A DNA stretch of 64,000 nt, taken from positions 416,839 to 480,838 of IMG/VR virus record IMGVR_UViG_3300028558_000791; one strand, 5' to 3'. Both the position numbers and the translations under genes were made by a program. Position 1 is the stretch's first letter. Each line of letters begins with the position of its first letter. The notes beneath the pieces were generated by a model. It was given only the letters and a program-made list of their open reading frames with translations, ran no database searches and was not told where the DNA came from. Below are positions 1 through 8,971 of the stretch, piece after piece.

Positions 1-318
1 CGTTATTGCAATCAACCATGTCGCCTAATCACAAAAGGCTCTTTGCCCGATGGACTGGCAGAAAACAGAATCGCCCACTGCGACCCATGCAATGTCAAAT
101 ACTTCGATAGATTCCATGTCCTGGTCTGCAATATCAAAGATACCGAATACTCCGTCTCCTATATGGATGACCACCCAAACCACTGGACTTCTATCTACCA
201 ATACAACAAAAAGGAAAGGCCCAGGGTGCATGATATCGCCCTGAGCTTCCAATTCCATGTTAGGTTCACCCCAGCTAACTTCAAAGAAAAGCTAAAGATA
301 TACCTGCTGTTCAGTTAG
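1..318 (+). CDS. Hypothetical Cys-containing protein, probably 5'-truncated by the window edge
   Basis: Frame is open from base 1 (RYCNQPC...HCDPC) to TAG 318; converges on the 315..1013 gene. Confidence 0.5.
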   Translation, partial: RYCNQPCRLITKGSLPDGLAENRIAHCDPCNVKYFDRFHVLVCNIKDTEYSVSYMDDHPNHWTSIYQYNKKERPRVHDIALSFQFHVRFTPANFKEKLKIYLLFS

Positions 319-1013
319 TTAGGACAGTTAGTCAACACAGGTCCACCATCAGGTACCTGACTGCTATTAACTGGCTCCCCATCCACACAATAGTTCAAGT
401 TCCTAAGCTCCAAATCAAAGAAAGCAGATACCTTAACCATGGTATCATAATCAATGCACTGAAACCTGGCTCGACTATAATGCGGATACATCAACCTCTG
501 ACCCACATGACCCGATCCCATCAAATGACCAATCTCATGTAATGTCACACCATAAACATCATCATTCCCAAGTCTATCACGTACTAAGTACATGTGATGT
601 CCACCAACTTGCTCGCAAAAACCAATGGTCCAATAACCCTTGTCGTTAATCGGTACCATCTTGTTCTTACTGTCAACCTTCAAGAATAACCACCCGCCAC
701 TATTCACCTGAGTAACTATCTTATCAATCTCCATATCAAACTTAGTATCAACTACCTTCAATTTAACATAGCCATTCATAGCAAAGTTCCAAGCGTTAAT
801 AGCATCGTCAATAGCTAACTTGTCAGCTTCCCCAAAATTAATATCAATCCATATCGGTATCTCCCTAATAGGAGCCTCCTCAAAGACCGGTACATGTGTG
901 TAATGATACAAACCTAGCTTAGGATTACTAGGATTTAATGTAACACCAGCGCAACCAACTATAATAGCCGCAATAATAACAACTATTAATAAGACAATAG
1001 CAGTCATCTTCAT
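315..1013 (-). CDS. Matrixin/metzincin-like zinc metalloprotease, predicted lipoprotein
   Basis: HEIGHLMGSGH = HExxHxxGxxH followed by a Met-turn (LMYP); hydrophobic N-terminus ending IIVGC. Confidence 0.8.
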   Translation of the reverse strand: MKMTAIVLLIVVIIAAIIVGCAGVTLNPSNPKLGLYHYTHVPVFEEAPIREIPIWIDINFGEADKLAIDDAINAWNFAMNGYVKLKVVDTKFDMEIDKIVTQVNSGGWLFLKVDSKNKMVPINDKGYWTIGFCEQVGGHHMYLVRDRLGNDDVYGVTLHEIGHLMGSGHVGQRLMYPHYSRARFQCIDYDTMVKVSAFFDLELRNLNYCVDGEPVNSSQVPDGGPVLTNCPN

Positions 1014-1036
1014 GATAACACCTAAAATAAGGTTAC

Positions 1037-1939
1037 TTACTTCTTGACCGATTTGTTGTTGTTGCTGTCCAAAAAACTTGCAATCGTGTCACGGTGTACA
1101 AAGAATCCAACCTCTGGAGCACGAGTAATACGAACCGCAATGCCAATTAACTCGCCATAATCATTGAAACATCCACCACCAGAGTTACCATAGAAAATTG
1201 GTGACTGTACCTGCATGTATGGTCCCCTAGCATCATCCTTGCCAGCACTCAAACGCTTGTAATGATCAGCATCACGGTAAGCAGCAACCTGACCACCCAT
1301 GTACGTCCAGTATAATCCAGTCTGATGACCAACTACATTAACATGCTCGCCAAGTGCCGGTGTCTCACTAGCAATACGAGCTACCTTGTGTGCCGGTACT
1401 AAATCTCCCTGCGCCTCAAGTAACGCTAAATCATGCGCTTCATCAAATGCAACCGCCTTGCTCAAATGCCAGCCAGATGGCTCGGCCGCAACTCCCATAA
1501 CTTCCTTCTCTACAATGTAGTGAATCTTAAGACCCTTCTTCTCTACCTTGTCAGCCTCTTGTGGTCCTCCACTGCCACCACCAAATAGCTTCTGAAGCAT
1601 CTCTTGAAGACTCTTAGGCTCATCATTGCTGCCTTCCTTGCGCTTGTCAAGCCTCTCCTGCTGCCATTCAAGCTCTCCCTCAATACAATGATTAGCTGTG
1701 AGAATGTGAGTCTCATCAACCCAAACTCCAGTACAAAATGGACGATAACCAGTAGTAATAGTGGTCTCCTTATCGTCGTGGTATCCCATCAATGCAACAG
1801 TGGCTCCACCTTCCTGTATGATTAAATCGTGTGCGCTCAGCTTCGACTTAGGTATTACCCCAGAGTCTTTTAAACTAGCACAGCCGCCTAAAGTAACACT
1901 CAAAATAACTAATAGTAGCAAACTGAAATAACGTTTCAT
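1037..1939 (-). CDS. Trypsin-like (S1) serine protease, predicted lipoprotein
   Basis: LTANHC (His), HDLALL (Asp), GNSGG (Ser); lipobox-like LGGC. Confidence 0.85.
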   Translation of the reverse strand: MKRYFSLLLLVILSVTLGGCASLKDSGVIPKSKLSAHDLIIQEGGATVALMGYHDDKETTITTGYRPFCTGVWVDETHILTANHCIEGELEWQQERLDKRKEGSNDEPKSLQEMLQKLFGGGSGGPQEADKVEKKGLKIHYIVEKEVMGVAAEPSGWHLSKAVAFDEAHDLALLEAQGDLVPAHKVARIASETPALGEHVNVVGHQTGLYWTYMGGQVAAYRDADHYKRLSAGKDDARGPYMQVQSPIFYGNSGGGCFNDYGELIGIAVRITRAPEVGFFVHRDTIASFLDSNNNKSVKK

Positions 1940-2047
1940 GAAACCCCGACGAGGTTCAGTAGGCTACCGTACTTGGCAACCCAAGATTACAAAGATACAA
2001 GAATACATACCAAACCGTTACTCAAATGTTTCTTATACATTGTATAA

Positions 2048-2617
2048 TCAGTAATTTATATTACTATCTTTATAACCTATTGCGTCAATTAACAATGGCT
2101 GAGTTGCATCAATTACCTTCTCACCTCTTAAGAGTATAGCCGTATGATACTCCCTACTACAACCATCATCCGACCAGTCATGCCAGCGAGCCTCAAATTG
2201 GCTGCTAGAGAGACGTGCATACCGCCCAGCCACGCTGGGGTCCATTAGGTCCACAAAACCATTTATAAGGTTAACCAGGACCACGTAATGACCGTCTTCC
2301 CAGACCTCCGAGAAGTCCGTATCAGGCCCGTAATTACCCCAAGCTTGAATATTAAGAATACATGTGTATCCAGAATCTAAATACTCTTTAAGATCAGTTA
2401 TCTTTAGGTTATTACGATACAACACTTCTAACCCATAAGATACTGCTAGTTCTATAATGCTATAGCCAGAAGTACCATCGCAGTTTGTTCCAAGTAATGG
2501 GTATAACTCTGGTTCGCGCCCTGACCAAACTCCCCAATAGTATAAACAACTAGCTAAAGATGCTGCCCCACAACTGTAATCATAGGCTTGTCTAACTAGA
2601 GGAACATAGGTTGGCAT
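2048..2617 (-). CDS. C39-like papain-fold cysteine peptidase
   Basis: VRQAYDYSCGAA, GHYVVL, LMDP; likely start is MPTYVP at 2617. Confidence 0.8.
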   Translation of the reverse strand: MPTYVPLVRQAYDYSCGAASLASCLYYWGVWSGREPELYPLLGTNCDGTSGYSIIELAVSYGLEVLYRNNLKITDLKEYLDSGYTCILNIQAWGNYGPDTDFSEVWEDGHYVVLVNLINGFVDLMDPSVAGRYARLSSSQFEARWHDWSDDGCSREYHTAILLRGEKVIDATQPLLIDAIGYKDSNINY

Positions 2618-2972
2618 GTTGAATCTCCTGCTATTGAGAAAGTGAGAGAGTAAAAGAGAGAGAGAGGGTACAATCTGCCTGTATGCCATTATAGCCCAAG
2701 CGTATGCCTAACTGCAAAAACATATGTTTATAATGCGATAAGATGCTTTGAGAAATACCTAATTTATATTTGCTAGTTTTGTCGTACCTATATCCTGAAT
2801 AGACGCTAATAGGACACCCATATCGTCCATATGGGATACCAGAGCACACTCTAACTGCCCCAGATAGTCACTTGATGGTCACTTGATAGCTGTTAGACCC
2901 CTATTTGGGAGGCGAACTGCCACCGCGCACGACAATGGCCCACACTTTTCCAGTAGGGGTATAATGGGGCTT

Positions 2973-3005
2973 TGGCATAGCCTTTGCAATATGCAATCTA
3001 TGCCA
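2973..3005. promoter_or_regulatory. Sigma54-like palindrome, copy 1 (reverse half imperfect)
   Basis: TGGCATAGCCTTTGCA is GG-N10-GC on +; reverse half has N8 spacing; TATAAT at 2960. Confidence 0.5.
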
Positions 3006-3079
3006 ACTACATGTAGTATGATCTCTTTCCTTTCGATCACATCACATTATGTGTAGTATATTTCAATACATAGCAGAGA

Positions 3080-3114
3080 TGGCATGAGTATTGCAAAAAG
3101 CAATCAATATGCCA
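3080..3114. promoter_or_regulatory. Double opposed sigma54-like site, copy 2
   Basis: TGGCATGAGTATTGCA-AAA-AGCAATCAATATGCCA; GG-N10-GC on both strands. Confidence 0.6.
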
Positions 3115-3183
3115 GGTGGGATAAGGTGAGAGGTCTTTGGCTCCCATTCACTGTCTGATCTTACCCAAGATCGAGGTGATTCG

Positions 3184-3558
3184 ATGAACAAGAGCCAGGT
3201 TTCCGCCATCCTCGCAAGCAATCCTCGTGCCGTCACCAAGGCCGTTGTCCTACTCTTCGGCTTGCAGACCCACCAGGAGCGTGGGACACATCGCACCATC
3301 GACGACAACGGGGTCGGGTTCAGCGCGGCCGACGCTGACTTCGGCACCTACTGCGCGATGTGGGTGCTCAACATCCACAAGACCACTCCGCCTCACATCG
3401 TGGCCGACCGACTGGCCCACTACTTGCAGGGCGACAACCACCGCAGGTATCGCACCCTGTCGGGGAAGTTCCTCCAACGTGCGCTGGAGATGACACCGCG
3501 CTACTGGCGGCAGCTCTCACATGCTGCGAAGGTGAAGGCGGAGTCGGTTCCCTTCTGA
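3184..3558 (+). CDS. Conserved phage hypothetical protein
   Basis: GAGG RBS, 11-mer upstream; QTxxE...NGVGFSxxDA pattern familiar from phage early proteins. Confidence 0.7.
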   Translation: MNKSQVSAILASNPRAVTKAVVLLFGLQTHQERGTHRTIDDNGVGFSAADADFGTYCAMWVLNIHKTTPPHIVADRLAHYLQGDNHRRYRTLSGKFLQRALEMTPRYWRQLSHAAKVKAESVPF

Positions 3559-3574
3559 CATCAGGCGACTCGTC

Positions 3575-3610
3575 GGGAGAGGTAGGACATCCTACCTCTC
3601 CTTTCTTTTG
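3575..3610 (+). terminator. Intrinsic terminator
   Basis: GGAGAGGTAGG-acat-CCTACCTCTCC followed by TTTCTTTTG, after the 3558 stop. Confidence 0.7.
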
Positions 3611-3623
3611 TCTACAGTGTGGT

Positions 3624-3659
3624 TGGTATAGTCGTTGCAATATGCAAGGTGCCATGCCA
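3624..3659. promoter_or_regulatory. Sigma54-like palindrome, copy 3 (reverse half N11)
   Basis: TGGTATAGTCGTTGCA-ATA-TGCAAGGTGCCATGCCA. Confidence 0.5.
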
Positions 3660-3760
3660 GGTAAGTGCGAGCCAGGTAAAAGGGCGCGGCTCCCATTCAC
3701 TGACTACCCAGGCCGGAAGGTGCGACGCCAACCCAAACCGAACGAAAGAGAGATACCGCC

Positions 3761-4456
3761 ATGTCCGACCTTTCCCTCTCGCCCGACAACATCATCGCTC
3801 TCCTCCTCTCGCAGCACACGTCGCACCAGGTCGCACACGAGGCGACCAAGGTGACCACCACCATCATCCGCAACGCGGAGCCCAGCAAGAAGCAGGCCAA
3901 GCAGGCCGAGGCCCGCAAGGGCGAGGTGAAGGCTCCCATTCACAACGGCCCCAAGGTGTTCGGTGTGGCGATGCCCGACCGCAACACGCTGGATGCCAAA
4001 GGCTTCCTGATGGCTTGCCGCGATGCCGGCAAGCGCTCCTTCCAGACGGTCAACGAAGTGACCGGCGAAGTTACCTCGGTCGTCAAGCGTGACGAGCGAG
4101 AGGTGCGCAACGATCTCATCAAGGCGATTCACGCCTACTGCGGTTACGACAACGGCCGTGACTTCGGCTCGCAAGACACGGCGGCCAGGGCGAAGGCCAG
4201 TCGCGAGCTGAGCGGCAAGCCCATCGTCCTCGGTCCCTCGCGAGAGGAGCAGAAGGCGGCCGAGCGGTCAATGACCGGCTACGTTCACGGCATGCCGAAC
4301 TACATGGCGTCCAAGGTGGCCGAGCTGACGGCACGTGAGACGGCCACGGCAGAGGAGCTGATCGATGCCCGCAAGGAGGGCAACGAGGTGGAGGTGGCAC
4401 GCTTGACCGCACTGCTCTCCAACGTGCGAGGCGAGCTGAGCCGCCTCGGTCTCTGA
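3761..4456 (+). CDS. Hypothetical protein
   Basis: 231-aa ORF, strong C/G-ending codon bias, 11-mer upstream and one internal copy (KAPIH). Confidence 0.8.
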   Translation: MSDLSLSPDNIIALLLSQHTSHQVAHEATKVTTTIIRNAEPSKKQAKQAEARKGEVKAPIHNGPKVFGVAMPDRNTLDAKGFLMACRDAGKRSFQTVNEVTGEVTSVVKRDEREVRNDLIKAIHAYCGYDNGRDFGSQDTAARAKASRELSGKPIVLGPSREEQKAAERSMTGYVHGMPNYMASKVAELTARETATAEELIDARKEGNEVEVARLTALLSNVRGELSRLGL

Positions 4457-4529
4457 CACACACACGGACTTACATCAGAGAGGGCTGCACCTGGCGGGGT
4501 GTGGCCCTTTCGTTTTTCCGCAATCGGCT

Positions 4530-4564
4530 TGGCACGGACGTTGCAGAGTGCAAACGATGTGCCA
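4530..4564. promoter_or_regulatory. Double opposed sigma54-like site, copy 4 (closest to consensus)
   Basis: TGGCACGGACGTTGCA on + and TGGCACATCGTTTGCA on -. Confidence 0.7.
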
Positions 4565-4810
4565 CGGAGATCCGCCTCTCCACACAAGAAAGAGAGTGCC
4601 GCTCCCATTCACTGACAGTCGAGAGCGAGAAGCGCAGCAACGAACGGACGGCAGCAAGCGCAAGCAAGCGCAGCGCATGTAGGATGCGTGACTAGGAGAC
4701 CCCGAAGACGTGCCCGAATGTGAGGGCATGTAAGTCACCCTACCCGATGACCATAGCGCAAGTCGTCCAGCCGAGCTGCTCCCATTCACCGCTCGCTGAA
4801 AGGAGTGAGC

Positions 4811-5050
4811 ATGAGACGCCGCAACGAAGTCGATACCAACGCACTTCCGGATCTGATGCCACGTGTGGCACGCATGTTGGAAGTGACGGGCGTGAGCATC
4901 GAAGACGTGGTGGCAGAATTGCGCACTACGGATCTGACGGAGTACAACATCTTCCTCACCATCAAAGGTGCGGCCATGTGTTACCCTCACGTCAAGCAAG
5001 CGCTCGCTGATGCCTGCCCCGACACTCTGCCCTCTCCCATTCACGACTGA
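4811..5050 (+). CDS. Hypothetical protein
   Basis: AGGAG RBS, 11-mer at 4779; ends PSPIHD, encoded by the next 11-mer. Confidence 0.65.
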   Translation: MRRRNEVDTNALPDLMPRVARMLEVTGVSIEDVVAELRTTDLTEYNIFLTIKGAAMCYPHVKQALADACPDTLPSPIHD

Positions 5051-5106
5051 CTCGAAACGATAAACGCCGCAAGGCAATCACCGCAACGAACGAAAGAGAG
5101 ACCATC

Positions 5107-5295
5107 ATGGAAAACGTCAAGTTCACCCGCAACGGCGACAAGCTCACCATCGAAGTCGACCTCGCCTACCGTGGGCAGGTGTCCGCCACCGGCAAGACCC
5201 TTCGGGTCGCCAGCACCGAAGGCAACGTCCCCTGCGACGGTTCCCCCGAGATCAAGATCGGTCTCAACATCTTCGCCCCTGTTCCCAAGAAGTAA
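5107..5295 (+). CDS. Small beta-rich hypothetical protein, paralogue of 11486..11662
   Basis: KLTIEVDL...TGKTxRVASTEGN; about 40/58 residues identical to the second copy by hand alignment. Confidence 0.85.
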   Translation: MENVKFTRNGDKLTIEVDLAYRGQVSATGKTLRVASTEGNVPCDGSPEIKIGLNIFAPVPKK

Positions 5296-5366
5296 TTCGC
5301 CTACATCGGCGAGCCCCCTGCAATCCCGATACCAACAGGTACGCAAGGGACAGGGGGCTGACTCTT

Positions 5367-5453
5367 CGCCAGTGCTACACGAAAAACGGGGCGGGACGCC
5401 TCGGCCTTCCAAGGTGGTGTAGCGTAAGGGTTCGATTCCCTGACTGGCGACCC
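5367..5453 (+). ncRNA. tRNA-like element with non-canonical core (degenerate Gly-UCC-like loop)
   Basis: CGCCAGT/ACTGGCG acceptor, AGGG-TTCGATT-CCCT T-arm, CTTCCAA loop in a mismatched stem, extra GCTACAC/GTGTAGC helix. Confidence 0.5.
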
Positions 5454-5500
5454 TGGCTCCCATTCATGAGCCAGTAGATTCCAACATCGGAGGTTCCAAC

Positions 5501-5788
5501 ATGAAGTCACTCGACATGGCAGACAAGTATCCCCCGGCCGAAGACTTCGATGATGAGGACACCACCGTCCGCATGCATGTGCCTACCTTCCTCCCCAAGG
5601 TCATCGTCGAGGATGAGGGTGAGGACGAGTACGACCTCTGGGGAGCTAGGGATACCATCCCCTGCCCACCTCCCTACCCTCATCCCCACATGAAGCGAGA
5701 AGTCAATTGGGGTGCAGTCGGCATCCTTGCCTTCACCATCGTCTTCTGGTGGACCGTCGGCTACATGCTCTACTGCTGGATCTACTGA
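5501..5788 (+). CDS. Acidic protein with C-terminal transmembrane helix
   Basis: GGAGG RBS; hydrophobic C-terminus. Confidence 0.7.
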   Translation: MKSLDMADKYPPAEDFDDEDTTVRMHVPTFLPKVIVEDEGEDEYDLWGARDTIPCPPPYPHPHMKREVNWGAVGILAFTIVFWWTVGYMLYCWIY

Positions 5789-5872
5789 CCAGCTCCCTGG
5801 CCCGACCTCCCATTCACTGGGAGGCGGGCTTTAGGCATTATCAGGGGGCATGGGCAATGTCCCCATCTGTGT

Positions 5873-6014
5873 AGGAGGAATGCCGAGTAGTCGCTCAAGC
5901 CTGGAACATGGCGACACGAGCGTAAAAAGACTAGCAGGTGTCACACACCGTTTGGGCTAACTAGCTCCCGAGTGTGTGAAACTGTAATCTAGTGTAGCTA
6001 CTCGTAACTCTCCT
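5873..6014 (+). ncRNA. Candidate multi-stem structured RNA
   Basis: Nested complementary segments AGGAG/CTCCT, CGAGTAG/CTACTCG, CGCTC/GAGCG, ACTAG/CTAGT, TCACACAC/GTGTGTGA in a non-coding gap. Confidence 0.5.
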
Positions 6015-6054
6015 TGTGTTCTCTCCCATTCACAACTCACCCTGAGGTGCAGCC

Positions 6055-6303
6055 ATGGCGTACGGTCTTTGGAATGTGAGCGGTAAGGTCATCATCCCCG
6101 GCACGCGCAAGAGCGCCAGCTTCGGTCCCGTTCGCATCGGCGATAAGGATCGTCAGACCGCCAGCAAGTGGCTGGCCTGCATGCTGAACGACAAGTTCAA
6201 GCGTGACCTGCGCGGAGGTGCGAAGTTCTCCGACCACTTCGCCCTCATGAACCTGAAGTGGGAAGATGTCGGCAAAGCTGCGCCGGCTCCCGCACAGACG
6301 TGA
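6055..6303 (+). CDS. Hypothetical protein
   Basis: GAGG RBS, 11-mer at 6023, phage-like codon bias. Confidence 0.7.
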   Translation: MAYGLWNVSGKVIIPGTRKSASFGPVRIGDKDRQTASKWLACMLNDKFKRDLRGGAKFSDHFALMNLKWEDVGKAAPAPAQT

Positions 6304-6350
6304 GGTGGATGGCTCCAGGGTAATACCTGGGGCCGTTCTTCAAAAGGCGG

Positions 6351-6385
6351 TGGCACGCCCGTTGCACTCTGCATCCCGCATGCCA
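6351..6385. promoter_or_regulatory. Double opposed sigma54-like site, copy 5
   Basis: TGGCACGCCCGTTGCA-CTC-TGCATCCCGCATGCCA. Confidence 0.65.
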
Positions 6386-6430
6386 TCGCCGCTTCGGCTC
6401 CCATTCACAACCCCCTGGAGAGCAACGAAC

Positions 6431-6577
6431 ATGGCAACGTCATTCGTCATCAAGCTCCCCAAGCAGAAAGCGCGTAACCCCCTGGGTCACATGCAAGAGC
6501 GGAAGCAGATCATGCGTGACCGTCGCAACCGGCGTCCCAAGGATGCCCGCAAGCAACGCGAACCCTTCGAGTCCTGA
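6431..6577 (+). CDS. Small Arg/Lys-rich peptide
   Basis: GGAG RBS, 11-mer at 6398; MATSFVIKLPKQKARNP... Confidence 0.6.
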   Translation: MATSFVIKLPKQKARNPLGHMQERKQIMRDRRNRRPKDARKQREPFES

Positions 6578-6600
6578 ACCCTCCCATTCACCGCCAACAA

Positions 6601-6795
6601 GTGGAGATGCACATGAGCAAGCAAACGTTCCGAGTGGTCGAGATGACGATTGTCCCTGGCCAGGAGCCGGCGACCAAACTCGTGCAGGGCAACCTCCCCA
6701 AGGGCAAGGCTCAGTCTCTCCAGGAGAAGCTGGAAGAGAAGCTCGGCGACTTCGACCCGCAGAAGGTGGTCTCCTACCTGGTCCAACCAGCATGA
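6601..6795 (+). CDS. Hypothetical protein
   Basis: 11-mer at 6581, GGAG RBS before the internal ATGs. Confidence 0.65.
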   Translation: MEMHMSKQTFRVVEMTIVPGQEPATKLVQGNLPKGKAQSLQEKLEEKLGDFDPQKVVSYLVQPA

Positions 6796-7378
6796 CTGTA
6801 GCACCGAACCTTGCCAGCATCCAAAGCGTAGGATGCTGGTACGAGGACCAGGAACGTACGCAACCCATGCGGTACCAGGTGTGTGTACGCCAGTTCCGTA
6901 GAGGTGAGTGGGAAGTCATGATGGGTAGCATCGTAACCTACCTGTCACCCGAAGACTACTGCGACATGCATCAGCTACTACTGGTGGAGATGTATCGTGG
7001 CACGCGCCATGCACTCTCACACGAACGCACGGAGTTGATCTAACGATCCTCCTACAAGTCAGCAGAGCTGGGGAGGATGTCATGTAACATCACACGGTTG
7101 ATGACCGTTGTTTACTTGCGCCGACAACCAGAGAGATAGTAGCGACTCCCATTCATCGACACCCTCAAACCAAAGGAATCGAGATGCTGGGTTTAGTCGG
7201 GCGGGAGTGAGTCCCGCCCATCCTTGGCTACAGTGCTGCCCACGCGACTCTATGGGCTCTAGCTGCAAGGTAATTAGGTAACGTAGTCTGCAACGTTCTC
7301 ACATAAGCGTTCCGGGTTTAGGAACCAGTGAGTCATATCCTTCTAGGATGTGGGGATACGTCAGCTACCTACCGTTGG

Positions 7379-7406
7379 ATTGGGGCCTGGCGAGGCCCCA
7401 ATTTTA
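7379..7406 (+). terminator. Intrinsic terminator-like hairpin
   Basis: ATTGGGGCCT-ggcg-AGGCCCCAAT followed by TTT. Confidence 0.55.
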
Positions 7407-7494
7407 ATACGAACGCACCTACCCCGCACCACAGCACAGCACACACGGCGCCATCAGGGCGCTTTTTGTTAGCGTACATGTAGGGAAAGGTAGT

Positions 7495-7529
7495 TGGCAT
7501 GGGCAGTGCATATTGCAAACGATATGCCA
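7495..7529. promoter_or_regulatory. Double opposed sigma54-like site, copy 6
   Basis: TGGCATGGGCAGTGCA-TAT-TGCAAACGATATGCCA. Confidence 0.6.
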
Positions 7530-7579
7530 GCAGGTTCCGCCCGCACAATCAAGCGACCGAAGGTGTGGGATAAGGTGGT

Positions 7580-7614
7580 TGGCATGGCCGTTGCATATTG
7601 CGAAGGCTATGCCG
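7580..7614. promoter_or_regulatory. Double opposed sigma54-like site, copy 7
   Basis: TGGCATGGCCGTTGCA-TAT-TGCGAAGGCTATGCCG. Confidence 0.6.
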
Positions 7615-7794
7615 GGCTGGGCGCGAGGGTGCAAGGGAAGCGGCTCCCATTCACGGATAGCCGGCGACCGAAAGCGCCGCAACCAACCACGAACAAGCAA
7701 ACGAGTCACACACTCACAATGACTCACAAGGTACGGAACGGCAGCTCCCATTCACGGCGCATCGAACGCCAAGGTCACGACGGAGGAAACGAAC

Positions 7795-7995
7795 ATGGGT
7801 AAAGTCATCGTCATCATTCTGGCCACGTGTGCGGCACTGGGTATCCTGGTGCACTTCCTGGGCCATGCGACTATGGGGTCAACGGCCGTCACTGTCCCCA
7901 ACACGGAACACACTCCCGCATTCGGACTTACATGGTTCGTGATCGGTGGTCTGTTCATCGGCGGTCTCTTCTACAAGCTCGTCAAGGGCAAGTAG
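7795..7995 (+). CDS. Small two-helix membrane protein
   Basis: GGAGG RBS; two hydrophobic segments. Confidence 0.7.
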   Translation: MGKVIVIILATCAALGILVHFLGHATMGSTAVTVPNTEHTPAFGLTWFVIGGLFIGGLFYKLVKGK

Positions 7996-8202
7996 GAGGG
8001 CCTGTAGGAATCTGGGTATACCCCCTACCCCTAAAAAAGTTTTACCTGTTTTCCCAAAAACGGTAATCGGGGTTCGGTATACGCATACCATTCCTGTAGG
8101 TTTTCATGGGTGGGGTGTCAAGCCCCCAGCAAGTCTAGCTAGGAGCCTACCTTGGTTGCCAACTAGCTAGCTCCCATTCACTGCACGTCGAGAGGTGAAA
8201 GC

Positions 8203-8457
8203 ATGGCACACTCAATCGGTCTCGGCGATATCGTCTCTCTCCAGTGGAGTGATGGGTACGACAACGGTACTGTCTGTCAGGTCCACAAGGACGGAACGGT
8301 AGACGTCTTTCGTCCCTACGTCCACAATGCTGACTTCTCATGTGCAGGTAGTCACGAGGGTTCACTGTCGGTCATCTGCTACATTGGAGTCGAGACTAGC
8401 AAGGGTATCAATCCCGAGCGTCTCAAGGTACTCCGCAAGGGCGGCACGATTCGATAG
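8203..8457 (+). CDS. Hypothetical protein
   Basis: GAGGTG RBS, 11-mer at 8171. Confidence 0.7.
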   Translation: MAHSIGLGDIVSLQWSDGYDNGTVCQVHKDGTVDVFRPYVHNADFSCAGSHEGSLSVICYIGVETSKGINPERLKVLRKGGTIR

Positions 8458-8493
8458 CCTCCCATTCACGGCGGCAGGAAAGCGACAATAGCA

Positions 8494-8695
8494 ACGGCGG
8501 GCTAGACTCTGGGTACATGGCATACTTGGTCGCTACCCAAGTAGGTCCCAACTGAGACAGTATCTTGTAGCGAGGGAATGTCTTGGGGGCCACAAGCTCC
8601 CCACATAGGGGTTCGACTCCCCACTACTATCCAAGTGGTAGGAGACCAGGTTGGCTGGGTGTGTGTTGGCATGAACCTAGAGTCTAGCCCATCGT
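8494..8695 (+). ncRNA. Long terminal-stem RNA enclosing a compact tRNA-like domain (8565-8633)
   Basis: GGGCTAGACTCT/AGAGTCTAGCCC end stem; internal GGGG-TTCGACT-CCCC T-arm, G-rich anticodon-like arm, ...TCCA. Confidence 0.55.
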
Positions 8696-8731
8696 CGGGC
8701 TCCCATTCACGGCCCATCAGCGGAGGATGAC

Positions 8732-8962
8732 ATGAGCAACAACAACGCAACGGCGCAGCAAGTCACGGCAGGCATCAGAGCAGCGGCGGCCATTGGTGAG
8801 GTAATTCGAGACTTGGGCTCTGTCCCCTCGGGGCACCTGTATGCCCGACTCATGGGACGTATGAGCCTGGACACCTACAACAGTCTCATCGGACTACTCA
8901 AGCAAGCCAATCTGGTGGAGGAGTCTAACCACCTTCTCACCTGGGTCGGCCCCAAAGAGTAA
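8732..8962 (+). CDS. Small winged-helix-like protein
   Basis: Helix-turn-helix pattern followed by LVEESNHLLTW wing; GGAGG RBS. Confidence 0.55.
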   Translation: MSNNNATAQQVTAGIRAAAAIGEVIRDLGSVPSGHLYARLMGRMSLDTYNSLIGLLKQANLVEESNHLLTWVGPKE

Positions 8963-8971
8963 CCATCTCAC

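Noticed and set aside
374-385. CTCCCCATCCAC as an 11-mer copy in the protease block
   Set aside because: It has an insertion plus a mismatch and lies inside a minus-strand gene; compatible with chance.
2631-2849. 72-aa minus-strand ORF
   Set aside because: It overlaps a GA-repeat/regulatory region, has no RBS or motif, and is probably spurious.
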